Assembly: GCA_964291315.2 (NCBI GenBank)
Contig: OZ219750.1
Location: forward strand, 448,001-512,000
Origin: Candidatus Poribacteria bacterium
GTDB lineage: Bacteria; Poribacteria; WGA-4E; WGA-3G
Length of the DNA stretch: 64,000 bases
Direction of reading: 5' to 3'
This document shows, piece by piece, positions 1-9,488 of this stretch. The position numbers were made by a program, and so were the translations under genes. Below the pieces are notes generated by a model. It did not search any database, was not told the DNA's origin, and was given only the letters and a program-made list of their open reading frames with translations. Every line of letters starts with the position of its first letter. Position 1 is the stretch's first letter.

Positions 1-505
1 TTGTTGTCATCCTCGGTGCCTGTTTTTGTACACCGCGTGCCATCATGCACAGATGTCGTCCTTCTATGACTATCGCGACACCTCGCGGTTCAAGTGCTGT
101 TTCTAGAGCTTCAGCGATTTCACGTGTGAGCCGTTCTTGTACCTGTAAGCGTCGAGAAAACATATCTACGATACGCGGAATCTTACTTAGACCGATAATC
201 CTGTTTTGTGGGAGATACCCAACGTGACACTTGCCCCAAAACGGGAGAATATGGTGTTCGCAAAGACTATAAAACTCAATATCTTTGACGATCACCATTT
301 CATCATAATCTTCGTCAAAGATAGCCTTGTTCAAAATTTTATCGATATCTTGGTGGTAGCCGCTGGTTAGAAACTCCATTGCCTTGGCAGCGCGACTCGG
401 GGTCCTCACAAGACCTTGTCGGTTTGGGTCTTCACCTAAATTTTTAAGAAGGTTGGCGAAAAGTTCCTCTAATTCTGGGCTAGGATCCCCGTTCTTAAAA
501 TCCAT
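1..505 (-). CDS. folE: GTP cyclohydrolase I (3' end runs off the window)
   Basis: Not in the ORF track; manual translation gives MDFKNGDPSPELEELF...GEDPNRQGLVRTPSRAAKA...SLCEHHILPF.GKCHVGYLP...GLSKIPRIVDMFSRRLQVQERLT...HLCMMARGV, the FolE signature. Confidence 0.95.
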   Translation of the reverse strand, partial: MDFKNGDPSPELEELFANLLKNLGEDPNRQGLVRTPSRAAKAMEFLTSGYHQDIDKILNKAIFDEDYDEMVIVKDIEFYSLCEHHILPFWGKCHVGYLPQNRIIGLSKIPRIVDMFSRRLQVQERLTREIAEALETALEPRGVAIVIEGRHLCMMARGVQKQAPRMTT

Positions 506-539
506 TATGTTAAAATAGTCTCCATTGGAATAAAACAGA

Positions 540-1367
540 TTACTCGCCGTAGTAGTCAAAGTGGTTTTTTGGCGTTTCCCGTAAGCGAAGGCGGTATAAA
601 ACCACAGGGTGCAAATTCGGTTCTAGTACATGCCATAGCACTTTGACGAAGTTCTCTGAAGTAGGATTAAGTTTTTCAAATTCAGGTGTATCGAAGTTCA
701 GGTGTTTGTAGTCGAATCGCGCGTAAACCTGTTTCTGAACGACTTCATCGAGAAAATCCAACCGTGCAACCAATCCGGTTCTTGGATCTACTTTACCTTT
801 CACGGTAACTTCAAGGACGTAGTTATGTCCGTGTCCGAACGGATTGTTACACTTTCCGAAGATATCTAGATTTTCCTCGTCGCTGAGAACGTGGCTGTGC
901 AAGCGGTGGGCAGAACTGAATTCGTAGACTTTGGTAAGGTAAACCATCTTTCCTTCTCCATAATAATCGGCAAAATTCGTTGTCCTTTCGTAGAGGCGCA
1001 CGCGGTGTAACATTCCACTTGGCAGAGAAGGTACAAGCTGTTGCCAAATCTCGATAGCAATATTTTCACATGTTGGTTGAACATGCGGGTTTCCTGCAAA
1101 AAACGGATGTTGGCAGTTCAGATGCTTATGATCGTACTTAGGAAGTACTTCTGTTTTTAACAGGGCATCCAACGTCACGAGATTGATAACTATTCCGTCG
1201 TCAACGTCTACAGTGCCTTTCACCATAACTTCAAGAATGTAATTATGTCCGTGGCCATTGGGATTCGTGGCGGCCCCGAATAACTTGAGGTTCTCGGTGT
1301 TGCTTAATTCGGGGATTCGATTATAATGGGATGCTTCAAATGCCGTCTGTCGGGTTAAGTAATACAT
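540..1367 (-). CDS. Tandem (two-domain) 6-pyruvoyl-tetrahydropterin synthase / QueD-family protein
   Basis: Two repeats of F.A.H...N...FG...NP.GHGHNY.LEV.V.G; domain 2 has GKCNNP.GHGH; directly upstream of folE. Confidence 0.9.
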   Translation of the reverse strand: MYYLTRQTAFEASHYNRIPELSNTENLKLFGAATNPNGHGHNYILEVMVKGTVDVDDGIVINLVTLDALLKTEVLPKYDHKHLNCQHPFFAGNPHVQPTCENIAIEIWQQLVPSLPSGMLHRVRLYERTTNFADYYGEGKMVYLTKVYEFSSAHRLHSHVLSDEENLDIFGKCNNPFGHGHNYVLEVTVKGKVDPRTGLVARLDFLDEVVQKQVYARFDYKHLNFDTPEFEKLNPTSENFVKVLWHVLEPNLHPVVLYRLRLRETPKNHFDYYGE

Positions 1368-1402
1368 GAGTCTTTACGTCGCTACGGTATATGTTTGGAA
1401 AT

Positions 1403-1696
1403 TTATAGGGCAACCCGAGGTGGAACGACAAGTTCATCATCTACTGACTCGTATTGGACTGCCATGATCCATTCACCGGTTCCTCTAAGGTGGACGTTAC
1501 ACTTTTTAAGCCATTCAACTAAGGTAATGCGGTCGCGCGCCTCCCATTCGCAAACCATCCGTCCTGACAACGTATCGCACAGGATTCGGGTATTGCTCAC
1601 CTCGGTGTTTTCGTTCTCTCTGAAACGATTCAGCAAGCGAGCAACATCTTGTCGGGTCATACAAGCAATGATATGTACAGAAACGAATTTAGACAT
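1403..1696 (-). CDS. Small hypothetical protein, possibly DUF4242-like
   Basis: 97-aa ORF co-oriented with neighbours; M.KF...H and G...C.WEA pattern. Confidence 0.5.
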   Translation of the reverse strand: MSKFVSVHIIACMTRQDVARLLNRFRENENTEVSNTRILCDTLSGRMVCEWEARDRITLVEWLKKCNVHLRGTGEWIMAVQYESVDDELVVPPRVAL

Positions 1697-1709
1697 TGTT
1701 TTATAGATA

Positions 1710-1800
1710 GCAGCTGTTGGCCTTCAGTCGTCAGAGCGGAAGGTTCAGATATCGCGAGCTCCGTTTACTGATGACTGACTGCCAAAAACTGACAACTGTT
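1710..1800. repeat. Intergenic short-repeat/palindromic element (cagtcgtcag ... ctgatgactgactg..ctgacaactg)
   Basis: Degenerate CTGAC(A/T)-type units on opposite arms; similar units near 23845-23900, 32290-32355 and 51520-51590. Confidence 0.4.
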
Positions 1801-1803
1801 CGT

Positions 1804-2652
1804 TTAGTCGCGAGCGATAGGGGATCCGACAAGATTACCCCATTCTGTCCAACTACCATCGTAGTTGCGGACCTTTTCATAGCCTAGTAGGTACTTCAAC
1901 ACGAACCATGTATGTGATGAACGTTCGCCGATACGACAGTAGGCGATTGTTTCTTTGTTTTCGTCAACACCTGCGCCGCCGTATATCGCTTGCAGTTCGT
2001 CGTGAGACTTAAAGGTGCCGTCTTCAGCCACTGCTGTCGCCCACGGAATATTTGCGGCACCGGGGATATGTCCTCCGCGCTGCGCAGTTTCGCTCATGCC
2101 AGGTGGAGCAATGACTTCCCCTGAAAATTCAGCAGGTGAACGGACATCAACGAGGTTAATGATGTCTTGTTGAAGTGTGGGGAGAATGTTGTCTTTTGTT
2201 GCGCGGACATTGTCATCGGGAAATCTCGCTTGATATCCTGTGCTGGAATAGTTAGGAACGTCCGTGACAAGTGCTCTGCCTTCATCAATCCATTTCTGAC
2301 GCCCGCCATTCATCACCTTGAGTTTGTGTTCGGCGTGTCCGTAGTAGCGGAATTGCCATAAAGCATACGTGGCAAACCAGTTGTTATTATCTCCGTAGAA
2401 GATAACCGTTGTCTCGTTAGCGATACCACTGTCATTGCAGAGCGTCTCAAATTGTTCTTTGGTGAGGATGTCGCGTCGAATTTGGTCACACAATTGCGTT
2501 TGCCAATTGAGTCCGACTGCGCCAGTGATATGTCCTTCAGCATAAGCTGAAGTGTCAACATCAACTTCCAACAATCGGATGCCATCATCACTACCGTGGG
2601 CAGCTACCCATTCCGTACTCACTAAAACATCAGGATTTGCGTAATCAGCCAT
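1804..2652 (-). CDS. Two-domain rhodanese/thiosulfate sulfurtransferase (CysA/SseA family)
   Basis: LVSTEWV, GHI.GA, active-site YCRIGERS, C-terminal YDGSWTEW; GGAGG RBS. Confidence 0.95.
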   Translation of the reverse strand: MADYANPDVLVSTEWVAAHGSDDGIRLLEVDVDTSAYAEGHITGAVGLNWQTQLCDQIRRDILTKEQFETLCNDSGIANETTVIFYGDNNNWFATYALWQFRYYGHAEHKLKVMNGGRQKWIDEGRALVTDVPNYSSTGYQARFPDDNVRATKDNILPTLQQDIINLVDVRSPAEFSGEVIAPPGMSETAQRGGHIPGAANIPWATAVAEDGTFKSHDELQAIYGGAGVDENKETIAYCRIGERSSHTWFVLKYLLGYEKVRNYDGSWTEWGNLVGSPIARD

Positions 2653-2754
2653 TTCTATGTTAAGCCTCCATATTTATTTTTTTAGAGCTTTATTAATACC
2701 GGGCTTTGACATCCTCTGCCGAGCGAAATCTGGTCAGATTCCGCTGTGAATCGT

Positions 2755-2865
2755 GTTAATATTGCTTCGCTTGCGCGAAGGTTTCCAACTGAGGCACCCG
2801 TAGTCGTTGACCTCTGGAGGCTGCCATGGACCCCGCTACTAGGATCGTATCTCCCAGATACTTTC
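2755..2865 (-). ncRNA. Putative SAM-clan (SAM-IV or SAM-I/IV-like) riboswitch in the sulfurtransferase 5' leader
   Basis: Minus strand has GGCAGCC (2825-2819) ... GGUGCC (2798-2793) P3-like core, then CAGUUGGAAACC, a GCAA-tetraloop hairpin (2780-2765) and GCAA; lies upstream of a sulfur-metabolism gene. Confidence 0.5.
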
Positions 2866-3100
2866 TGTAAATATTCATCTATGCTAATACATTTCAAAGA
2901 AAAAAGCAAGTGAATCAGACCAGGTGGCCTGCATCTGCCATCGTAAGATCGGCAGTTTAGGCAGGAAAATATGATAAATTATGTTCTGATAAACCAATTC
3001 TTTATTACATTATACATTTCAAGGTGCAAATTGTCAAATAGAAATGTGATTTTGATACTACCTTGTCTATTTTTGAAGAATTTGTTTAAGTTTCTCGAAA

Positions 3101-3141
3101 AAAGAAAAGCCGCGTCTAGAGATTGACGCGGCCTATTTTTT
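3101..3141. terminator. Rho-independent terminator-like hairpin (bidirectional)
   Basis: gccgcgtc-8nt-gacgcggc flanked by an A-run and a T-run. Confidence 0.7.
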
Positions 3142-3199
3142 CCAGATAGTCCTTTGTTATTCATTACAACTGACCAGCAACATTTGATGTTGTTTTCGG

Positions 3200-3396
3200 C
3201 CTGTTATCTATGTCCACATCCGGGATCTGTGGAGATATAATTGCTGTAATCCGAGATGCTCCAGTCGGATGTAGTGGGTATCTTGTGTTTTAATTTATTT
3301 AATGAGATTGCGATGTATCCGACAACGCCTCCAAGGCCGACGTGTACGACAAGCGACACCATCCATGCAAGAGGCAGGCATACGGCGCTGTTTCAT
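3200..3396 (-). pseudogene. Degraded 5' fragment of a membrane-anchored protein gene
   Basis: AGGAGG RBS then ATG AAA CAG CGC CGT (MKQRR); a shifted frame gives the hydrophobic LAWMVSLVVHVGLGGVVGYIAIS, then stops. Confidence 0.4.
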
Positions 3397-3592
3397 GCTA
3401 TGCACCTCCTATGGCTTCAAGAGTTGATACTTCATGTTTGTTCAATACCTTTGCCAAAAATCGGGGCCCGAGTTGCATATGGAAAAAACTTCTCTGAAGA
3501 CACGTCAGCTAATAGAACTGACAATTCAACTGCAAGTTTCTCTGACGTTTTATCTTGAACTCACGTTATACTATTACGCGATAAGAGACTGG

Positions 3593-4314
3593 TTAAAGAG
3601 GCATACTCACTGTCTGGATACAGTTCGGTAATGACAGTGCCTCCTTTACGTTTGAACAGTTTGTATGCTTTTGCATTCGGAGTATAGGCGAGCACTCACA
3701 ACGCTCCCCAACAATTTCAATTGCAGCGTTGTTGTCGCAGGCAATTCCGATGCCACCGCGTTTTGTGATCAGCTGCGAGAAATTGGATTCCCGTTTCTGA
3801 CTGTGATAATAGGGGCAGTACACAGCATTGATAAGTCCTAATCCGCTGACTCGAATATAATTCCATTCTGCGCTCGAAAAATAACGGGAGTCGCTGCGCC
3901 CGTATCTGAACCAGCAAATTGCCCCCGCGCTGAGACCTGACAAGACGGTCCCTCGTGATGCTGCCTCTGCTAACACAGTATCCAATCCGAACCTCCGCCA
4001 TATTTTCATCATCTTGTAGGTGTTTCCGCCACCAACATAAATCAAATCTGAATCCAGTACTAGCTCTGACATTTCATCGAAGATAGGAGGTTTCTTAGGT
4101 TGAGGGTGCGTGTGTGGCATCCCAAGTATTTACCGTAACACGCCTTAAAGGTCTCCATGTATTCCATAGCATCACCACTTGCGGTTGGAATAAAGAGCTC
4201 TTGTGGTAGTGTTTTGCCTGTTAATGCAACAATTTGTTTGTCGATCTCAAGGGTTTCTAGGTCCTTAAGCTCTCCACCGCCGATAGCGACAATCTTTCGC
4301 GTCGTTTTCATCAA
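3593..4314 (-). pseudogene. Peptidase E (S51 family), frameshifted
   Basis: N-part 4060..4314 (IVAIGGGE, LFIPTASGD) and C-part 3593..4120 (IYVGGGNT, GLSAGA) in different frames; CPYY in place of CPHY; a second shift near the C-terminus. Confidence 0.8.
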
Positions 4315-4338
4315 ATTCTCTCTGGTGCAATTTAAGGG

Positions 4339-6795
4339 TTACGCCTCGAACCAATAGCGACATTTAATCAGAAAGATATTCTTCCCCGGATCCGTAAAAC
4401 TGCTTCGTAAGCGGTTCACAGGACGAAATTCAAGGTCATCTGCTCCTACATCTTCTAACTCGATTTCACGTGCCTGAGACCAAACCAAAAACAGCGTACT
4501 TCCCGGGCGAAATTCCCAACGAAGAACAGTGTTGCCCCTTAAAGACCGTAGATGGAAATCAGGATTTCGCTTCAGCGGATATGGCTTGAACTGATAAGAC
4601 CTCGGTTCTACCAATTCTTTGAAGTTCGTATAGTCGCCGATAGTAATGAAGGGCTGCACGTAGAATTGGAGACTCAGCGTTGGGGTGAAACTAATGTTTG
4701 CTCGTGTGGTGAAATCAAGCGTTTGACTCGTTAATTCTCCATAAATGTAGTGGTTTTTAATATGTCCGTTGATGTTTTCTTCAACTAACTCGACCCATTG
4801 TGCGTCGTAAATATGGTAGCGGTACATCGGTCCAATACTTAATTCAATATTCGACACAGGCCGGATGTTCAAGCGGAGGCTTACTACTTTCTCAGAACTT
4901 TTGTTATCGTCGTCCCAGGCGAAAATTGGATTCAGTTCAAGCTGAATCATTTTACGACTATCGGTTCTAAGTTGGGTAAAAATCCACCAACCTGCGGGAT
5001 TTTTAATCAGTATTCCGCCGCGTCGGACATCTTCGTCGTTAAACGACTCCAAATTTCGCCCGACCCATAGGTCATATTCCCAATAATTTTTCAGTTTGCC
5101 ATCTGTCCATATTTCAGAGTAGCGGCCGATGCTAGTGCCATCATAATTCCATTCTCGCCAGCCGTAAAGCCCAAAAGTGGCTTCTCGAAAGATGATGAAC
5201 GGCTGCTCTTTCTTGATGATGAAGTCGTAGAACCATCGCATCATATCGCTGCGGCGCGTATACCCCATGTCATTTGCATCGAAGTCTGGGGAGCGAACGT
5301 TAAAATTGGTATCAAGTCGCCACCATCCGCCCTGTTTACCAAATTTGAGGTGGGCAAAGTAGCCTGACTTACGTGCCTCAAGTTTTCCTGTTTGGCTTGC
5401 TGCTATTATGCCGCTGATTGTATATCGTTCCTTCGCAAATCTCAAGTCCAAGTCAAGTCCATTGACGTACGCGGGGTTGGAAGTTTGTCTATTCACTGCT
5501 GTCATCATCAGTCCGATGTGAGAATTCCGTTCCAATATGTCTTGTGTTACTCGCCCTACAAAGTAATGGGTCAACGGTTCAATGAGATAGTCTCGGGTTT
5601 CGCCATTTTCCTTAATCTGTGAATATTCCGGTGCGGTGAGAGCTTGCATAATACCGAAGGAAGTGTTGGTGTTGGTTCTTCCAACAATTTTGGTAGCCCC
5701 CAAGATTGTTGTTGTTTCCGGGCGCGTTACTTCAGTAGCGCCTTCTGGCATTTCAAAATGCCCGGGTTGCTGTCCGATCCGTCTTGAATAAAAGAATTGA
5801 TTTTGCCCATCTCCGAGGTTAAAAATAGATGCTCCTTTGACAAAGAAGGGTCGCCGTTCCTCAAAGAATTCTTCGTAGGCGGAGAGGTTCAGGGCAGCAG
5901 GATCTGTTTCTACTTGTCCAAAGTCAGGGCTGATTGTGGCGTTGAGCGTGATGCCAGAAGTAATCCCGTATTGGACATCGCCTCCGATATTTTTCCACAA
6001 GTCAGTCTTGCTGTTCAAGGTTGTTTTGCCCATTGCATAGGGTATTATTTCCAGATGACGGGAGAGACGAATGTTTTCAATCCCTATCAAGTCACCGAAG
6101 TGTGGTAGCCAACCCGGGGTGCCTTTCTTAATTAATCGCCAGTGGGAACGCTCTTTTCTACGGCTGATTTCCCGTTCTACCTGCAGTCCCCAAGTATATT
6201 TATCTTTCGGTGAGAAGCGGAACATATAAAACGGGATTTTACACTCTATTGCCCACCCATTTTTGTGAATCCGGGTTTTTGCTTCCCACACGCCATCCCA
6301 TGCACCGTTCCAACCATCTGTCCCGCCACCTTCGATAATACCATCTATTACCGAGCCAGAAGGATAAATCGTGAACGAGAAGCCGCGCTGCCGATTATAG
6401 TGTGGGTCAAGGATAATCTGAACTTTATCGGATTCAACGTAATCATCCCGTCTGACGAGGCGGGAGACTATTTTGTCAGGTTCGCTGTCATAACACATGA
6501 TAGCAAAATAGACCGCCTCATCATCATAACCAACTTGAAATGTGGTGCGTTGGGAAGCGGGCTCGCCTTGATCGGGATCGCGTTGACGGAAACCTTCATG
6601 AAGCGGGGCGGTTTGCCAAATGTGGTCATCTAAAACGCCGTCTAATTGTGGTGGTGTGTCGATAATGCGGACGGCTGTCGCGATTCTGTGGGCAGGCGAT
6701 GTTTCTGTGTTAGCTTTTACTCTCCTTGCAAGGTGTAACACAAAAAAAGCAGCTAGCAATACTACAGCTCTCCAAAACACTGATTTTGTTTCCAC
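4339..6795 (-). CDS. CBM9-like sugar-binding domain plus DUF5916-type outer-membrane beta-barrel protein
   Basis: Signal peptide, P.LDG.LDD..W, PDFGQVE.D...LNLS.YE.FF.ERRPFF, LRWEFRPGS.LFLVW, aromatic C-terminus. Confidence 0.85.
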   Translation of the reverse strand: METKSVFWRAVVLLAAFFVLHLARRVKANTETSPAHRIATAVRIIDTPPQLDGVLDDHIWQTAPLHEGFRQRDPDQGEPASQRTTFQVGYDDEAVYFAIMCYDSEPDKIVSRLVRRDDYVESDKVQIILDPHYNRQRGFSFTIYPSGSVIDGIIEGGGTDGWNGAWDGVWEAKTRIHKNGWAIECKIPFYMFRFSPKDKYTWGLQVEREISRRKERSHWRLIKKGTPGWLPHFGDLIGIENIRLSRHLEIIPYAMGKTTLNSKTDLWKNIGGDVQYGITSGITLNATISPDFGQVETDPAALNLSAYEEFFEERRPFFVKGASIFNLGDGQNQFFYSRRIGQQPGHFEMPEGATEVTRPETTTILGATKIVGRTNTNTSFGIMQALTAPEYSQIKENGETRDYLIEPLTHYFVGRVTQDILERNSHIGLMMTAVNRQTSNPAYVNGLDLDLRFAKERYTISGIIAASQTGKLEARKSGYFAHLKFGKQGGWWRLDTNFNVRSPDFDANDMGYTRRSDMMRWFYDFIIKKEQPFIIFREATFGLYGWREWNYDGTSIGRYSEIWTDGKLKNYWEYDLWVGRNLESFNDEDVRRGGILIKNPAGWWIFTQLRTDSRKMIQLELNPIFAWDDDNKSSEKVVSLRLNIRPVSNIELSIGPMYRYHIYDAQWVELVEENINGHIKNHYIYGELTSQTLDFTTRANISFTPTLSLQFYVQPFITIGDYTNFKELVEPRSYQFKPYPLKRNPDFHLRSLRGNTVLRWEFRPGSTLFLVWSQAREIELEDVGADDLEFRPVNRLRSSFTDPGKNIFLIKCRYWFEA

Positions 6796-6878
6796 TTGTT
6801 TTCCCTCGGTTTTCTATAGATATATTTACCTACCTATTGAAACCTGATTCGGCCGAAAAACTTCAGAATTCTTGAGGA

Positions 6879-7346
6879 TTAATCAGAAACATCTGCACCA
6901 CATTGTGGACAGGTATTTTTCCAAGTTGAACGTTTGCCTTCGCCACACACATCACAGACCCCGAATGGAAATTCATCTGGTTTTGCGCGACTCCCGCCTT
7001 TCTTATAGGTGATGATGCGCCATACCGTCTCGCCATCGTTTTCATAGCAGAGCCAGATTCCCTCTTTTCTTCCATCAGCGGAGCCTCCATCATGTTTTCG
7101 ATAGGGACCACCCCATTTACGATTGCCGTTCTCATAGTATGCCATATAATTGCCTTCGTTTTTGCCATTGCGGAAAAAGCCTTCGCTTGCCTTTTTCCCA
7201 TTTTTATGGTACTGTATCCAAAGTCCTTCTTTTTTCCCTTCAATGTAATGTCCTTCACTCCGCTTAAAACCGTTGGCGTAGTAGGTAACCCAATAGCCGT
7301 GTTTCTTGCCATTGACTATTTCGCCATCTGTCAGTGATTTTGCCAT
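6879..7346 (-). CDS. MORN-variant repeat (YwqK-like) protein with C-terminal CxxC..CxxC zinc ribbon
   Basis: Repeats G.K.G.W..YY.NG....EG.Y; CDVC...CPQC; start taken at MAKS (ORF track starts at 7445). Confidence 0.75.
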   Translation of the reverse strand: MAKSLTDGEIVNGKKHGYWVTYYANGFKRSEGHYIEGKKEGLWIQYHKNGKKASEGFFRNGKNEGNYMAYYENGNRKWGGPYRKHDGGSADGRKEGIWLCYENDGETVWRIITYKKGGSRAKPDEFPFGVCDVCGEGKRSTWKNTCPQCGADVSD

Positions 7347-7606
7347 AGTTAGATTTATGGGACGCGAACATCCAATATAGGCTTGCAAGAGGTGTCTTGA
7401 TGATGCGTCCTGATTACCTCCGATTGGTTTTAATATAAGTTTCATATACTGATCACTCTTACCGTTTTATGTGTCTTGATGTTGTTGTAGGACTCTCATT
7501 CCTTTTTCAAACTATGCATCCAGTTTGTTACCGCGCTCTGGACAAAAGGTGCCTTACTTCCGACCAGAAACGAGCTTCATGATCTGCTTGTTATCGGACA
7601 TCGCAC

Positions 7607-8125
7607 TTATAAAACTTCATTAAGATATGTTTCAATTTTCTCTAATGTTTTTTTGCCGATGCCGCGGAAGTCTTTAAGCTTTCCATCGTCAATTGCCGCT
7701 CGGAGGGAAACAAGACTATCCACGCCGAGTTCTTCATAGAGTCGTTTAATTGTTTTTGCTCCAAGTCCGTGTATAGGCACAAGTTCTAGAACGGTTCGTG
7801 GGGTATCCCCGGCGAACTCCTCCAGTTTCGTACTTGTGCCGGTATTCACGAATTCCTCAATAAGTTTTGCAATGACTTCTCCCGCCCCCGGAATCTCTTC
7901 TATCAATCGGCCTTGAGCTATTAGAGTCGACATCGGTTCAGGAAAGCGGGATATATAATGTGCTAGCCACGGATATCGCGAGGCGTGGTCTTCTGGGTAG
8001 CCTGCAATGATCAAGAAAGTGTGAAGTTCCAAGAATCTGAGTGAGATGATGTCATTTTCCGGCCAGCGTGTCCGTCCTTTTGCGTCAATATAAGGCCCGT
8101 CTTCTAATTTTTTCTTTTCATGCAT
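7607..8125 (-). CDS. Helix-hairpin-helix protein resembling the N-terminal DNA-binding domains of DNA polymerase X
   Basis: IPGAGEVIAKLIEEF..TG, IHGLGAKTIKRLY.ELGV.SL..L, RGIGKKT..KI; no polymerase or PHP domain. Confidence 0.75.
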   Translation of the reverse strand: MHEKKKLEDGPYIDAKGRTRWPENDIISLRFLELHTFLIIAGYPEDHASRYPWLAHYISRFPEPMSTLIAQGRLIEEIPGAGEVIAKLIEEFVNTGTSTKLEEFAGDTPRTVLELVPIHGLGAKTIKRLYEELGVDSLVSLRAAIDDGKLKDFRGIGKKTLEKIETYLNEVL

Positions 8126-8189
8126 CGTTCATGCCCCCAGTTTAAAAAAGACACGGTAAAGAGGGGCAAATGTCCCCCCTCTCGTCATC

Positions 8190-9467
8190 CTAAATTTTTC
8201 CCTCCGTGCCATTGATATATCCCGTGAGAAAGTTCGCAACAACTTTTTTCTTCGCTTTCCGAGCATAGTCAAGTGGGGTATTGCCATCCGCGTCATGGGC
8301 GCGTATGTTACCTCCGTATTTTATAAGTAGCTGCACCTGATTTTTTCCAAACCCTTTTTGTGCGATAATATGTATCGGGTTACGTCCCTTATCATCGCTT
8401 ACATTCGGATCAGCGCCGTTTTCTAAAAGACATGAAATGCCCTGCGTCAGACCGCGTTTTGCCAACCAATGCAAAGGTGTCCACAGGCCATGCCGGTGTT
8501 TCTGACGAGCGTTAATATCCAAACCGTTTTCGAGAAACATCTTTACGAGTCTGTCCATATTGCGTGGTCCCTGTCCGGCGATCATGTACCATTCCCTGAG
8601 TTTAATTTGGTAACCGCATTCTATGAGCATCTCCACTATTGCTGGCTGCTTTGCTTGTAAGGCGACCTCAAGCAGCGGCATACTCGGTCCCACTTTATAG
8701 ACGTAGACGTGCCCACCGGGTACCTCACCAATCCGTTTGGCGTGATGATGGGGCCACCGCAGCGGTGCCACGGTGTAGCCTTCAGGAGCTTTGCCATCTA
8801 TTCGTAAGTCGAGAAGTTCAGGGGTGTCTTGCAGCGTCGCTTTCGCGCGAGCAACGTCCCCGACGACACAGTAGATAACAATATCAGCCTCAGCCCCGCG
8901 TTCAAGGAGATACTGACAGACTTCGGGGCGATTCACTAGTGTCCACTGCACAGGGGTACCATTATGGTCGAGGTCTCGAAGGTTTCTATCTGCTCCGTGT
9001 TCAAGCAGCAGTTCAGCGATTCGCGGGGTTGCAGCGAAATGGAGCGGTGACATACCATCCGTAGCAGTTGTGTTAATGACTTCGGGGTTCTCGCGTATCA
9101 ATTCAGCAAGAGTTTTATACATATCTAGACCAGCTGCTGCGTGTGCATCGATTGTTGCACCTTGTTCAATCAGGTATTCAGCAAGTTCTCTATTGTAATT
9201 TAGCATGGAGCCTGCGGTGTGCTGTAGTGCCGAGGTGCCGCCGGCCCACCAGCTGCTTTTGACATCAATATCCGCTCCAGCATCGAGGAGAACGTCAATG
9301 AGTTCACGGTTGCCGGATGCCGCTGCAAACACAATTGCGGGGGCATCGAAACTGAACCAGGGTGTATCGATTTGTGAGGTGAGTTTCTGGTTGCTTGTTA
9401 ATAGGTTTTTGACTGCTTGTGCGTCGCCATTTTCGACTGCTGTGATAAACGTGTGTTTACTTGTCAT
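8190..9467 (-). CDS. Ankyrin repeat protein
   Basis: Multiple G.TPLH.AA...LL..GAD.N repeats. Confidence 0.9.
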   Translation of the reverse strand: MTSKHTFITAVENGDAQAVKNLLTSNQKLTSQIDTPWFSFDAPAIVFAAASGNRELIDVLLDAGADIDVKSSWWAGGTSALQHTAGSMLNYNRELAEYLIEQGATIDAHAAAGLDMYKTLAELIRENPEVINTTATDGMSPLHFAATPRIAELLLEHGADRNLRDLDHNGTPVQWTLVNRPEVCQYLLERGAEADIVIYCVVGDVARAKATLQDTPELLDLRIDGKAPEGYTVAPLRWPHHHAKRIGEVPGGHVYVYKVGPSMPLLEVALQAKQPAIVEMLIECGYQIKLREWYMIAGQGPRNMDRLVKMFLENGLDINARQKHRHGLWTPLHWLAKRGLTQGISCLLENGADPNVSDDKGRNPIHIIAQKGFGKNQVQLLIKYGGNIRAHDADGNTPLDYARKAKKKVVANFLTGYINGTEGKI

Positions 9468-9488
9468 AGGATCTTCCTGTAGGTGTTT

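Noticed and set aside
2695-2720. 16S rRNA-like stretch (accgggctttgacatcctctg)
   Set aside because: Only ~20 nt resemblance and the flanks are not rRNA-like
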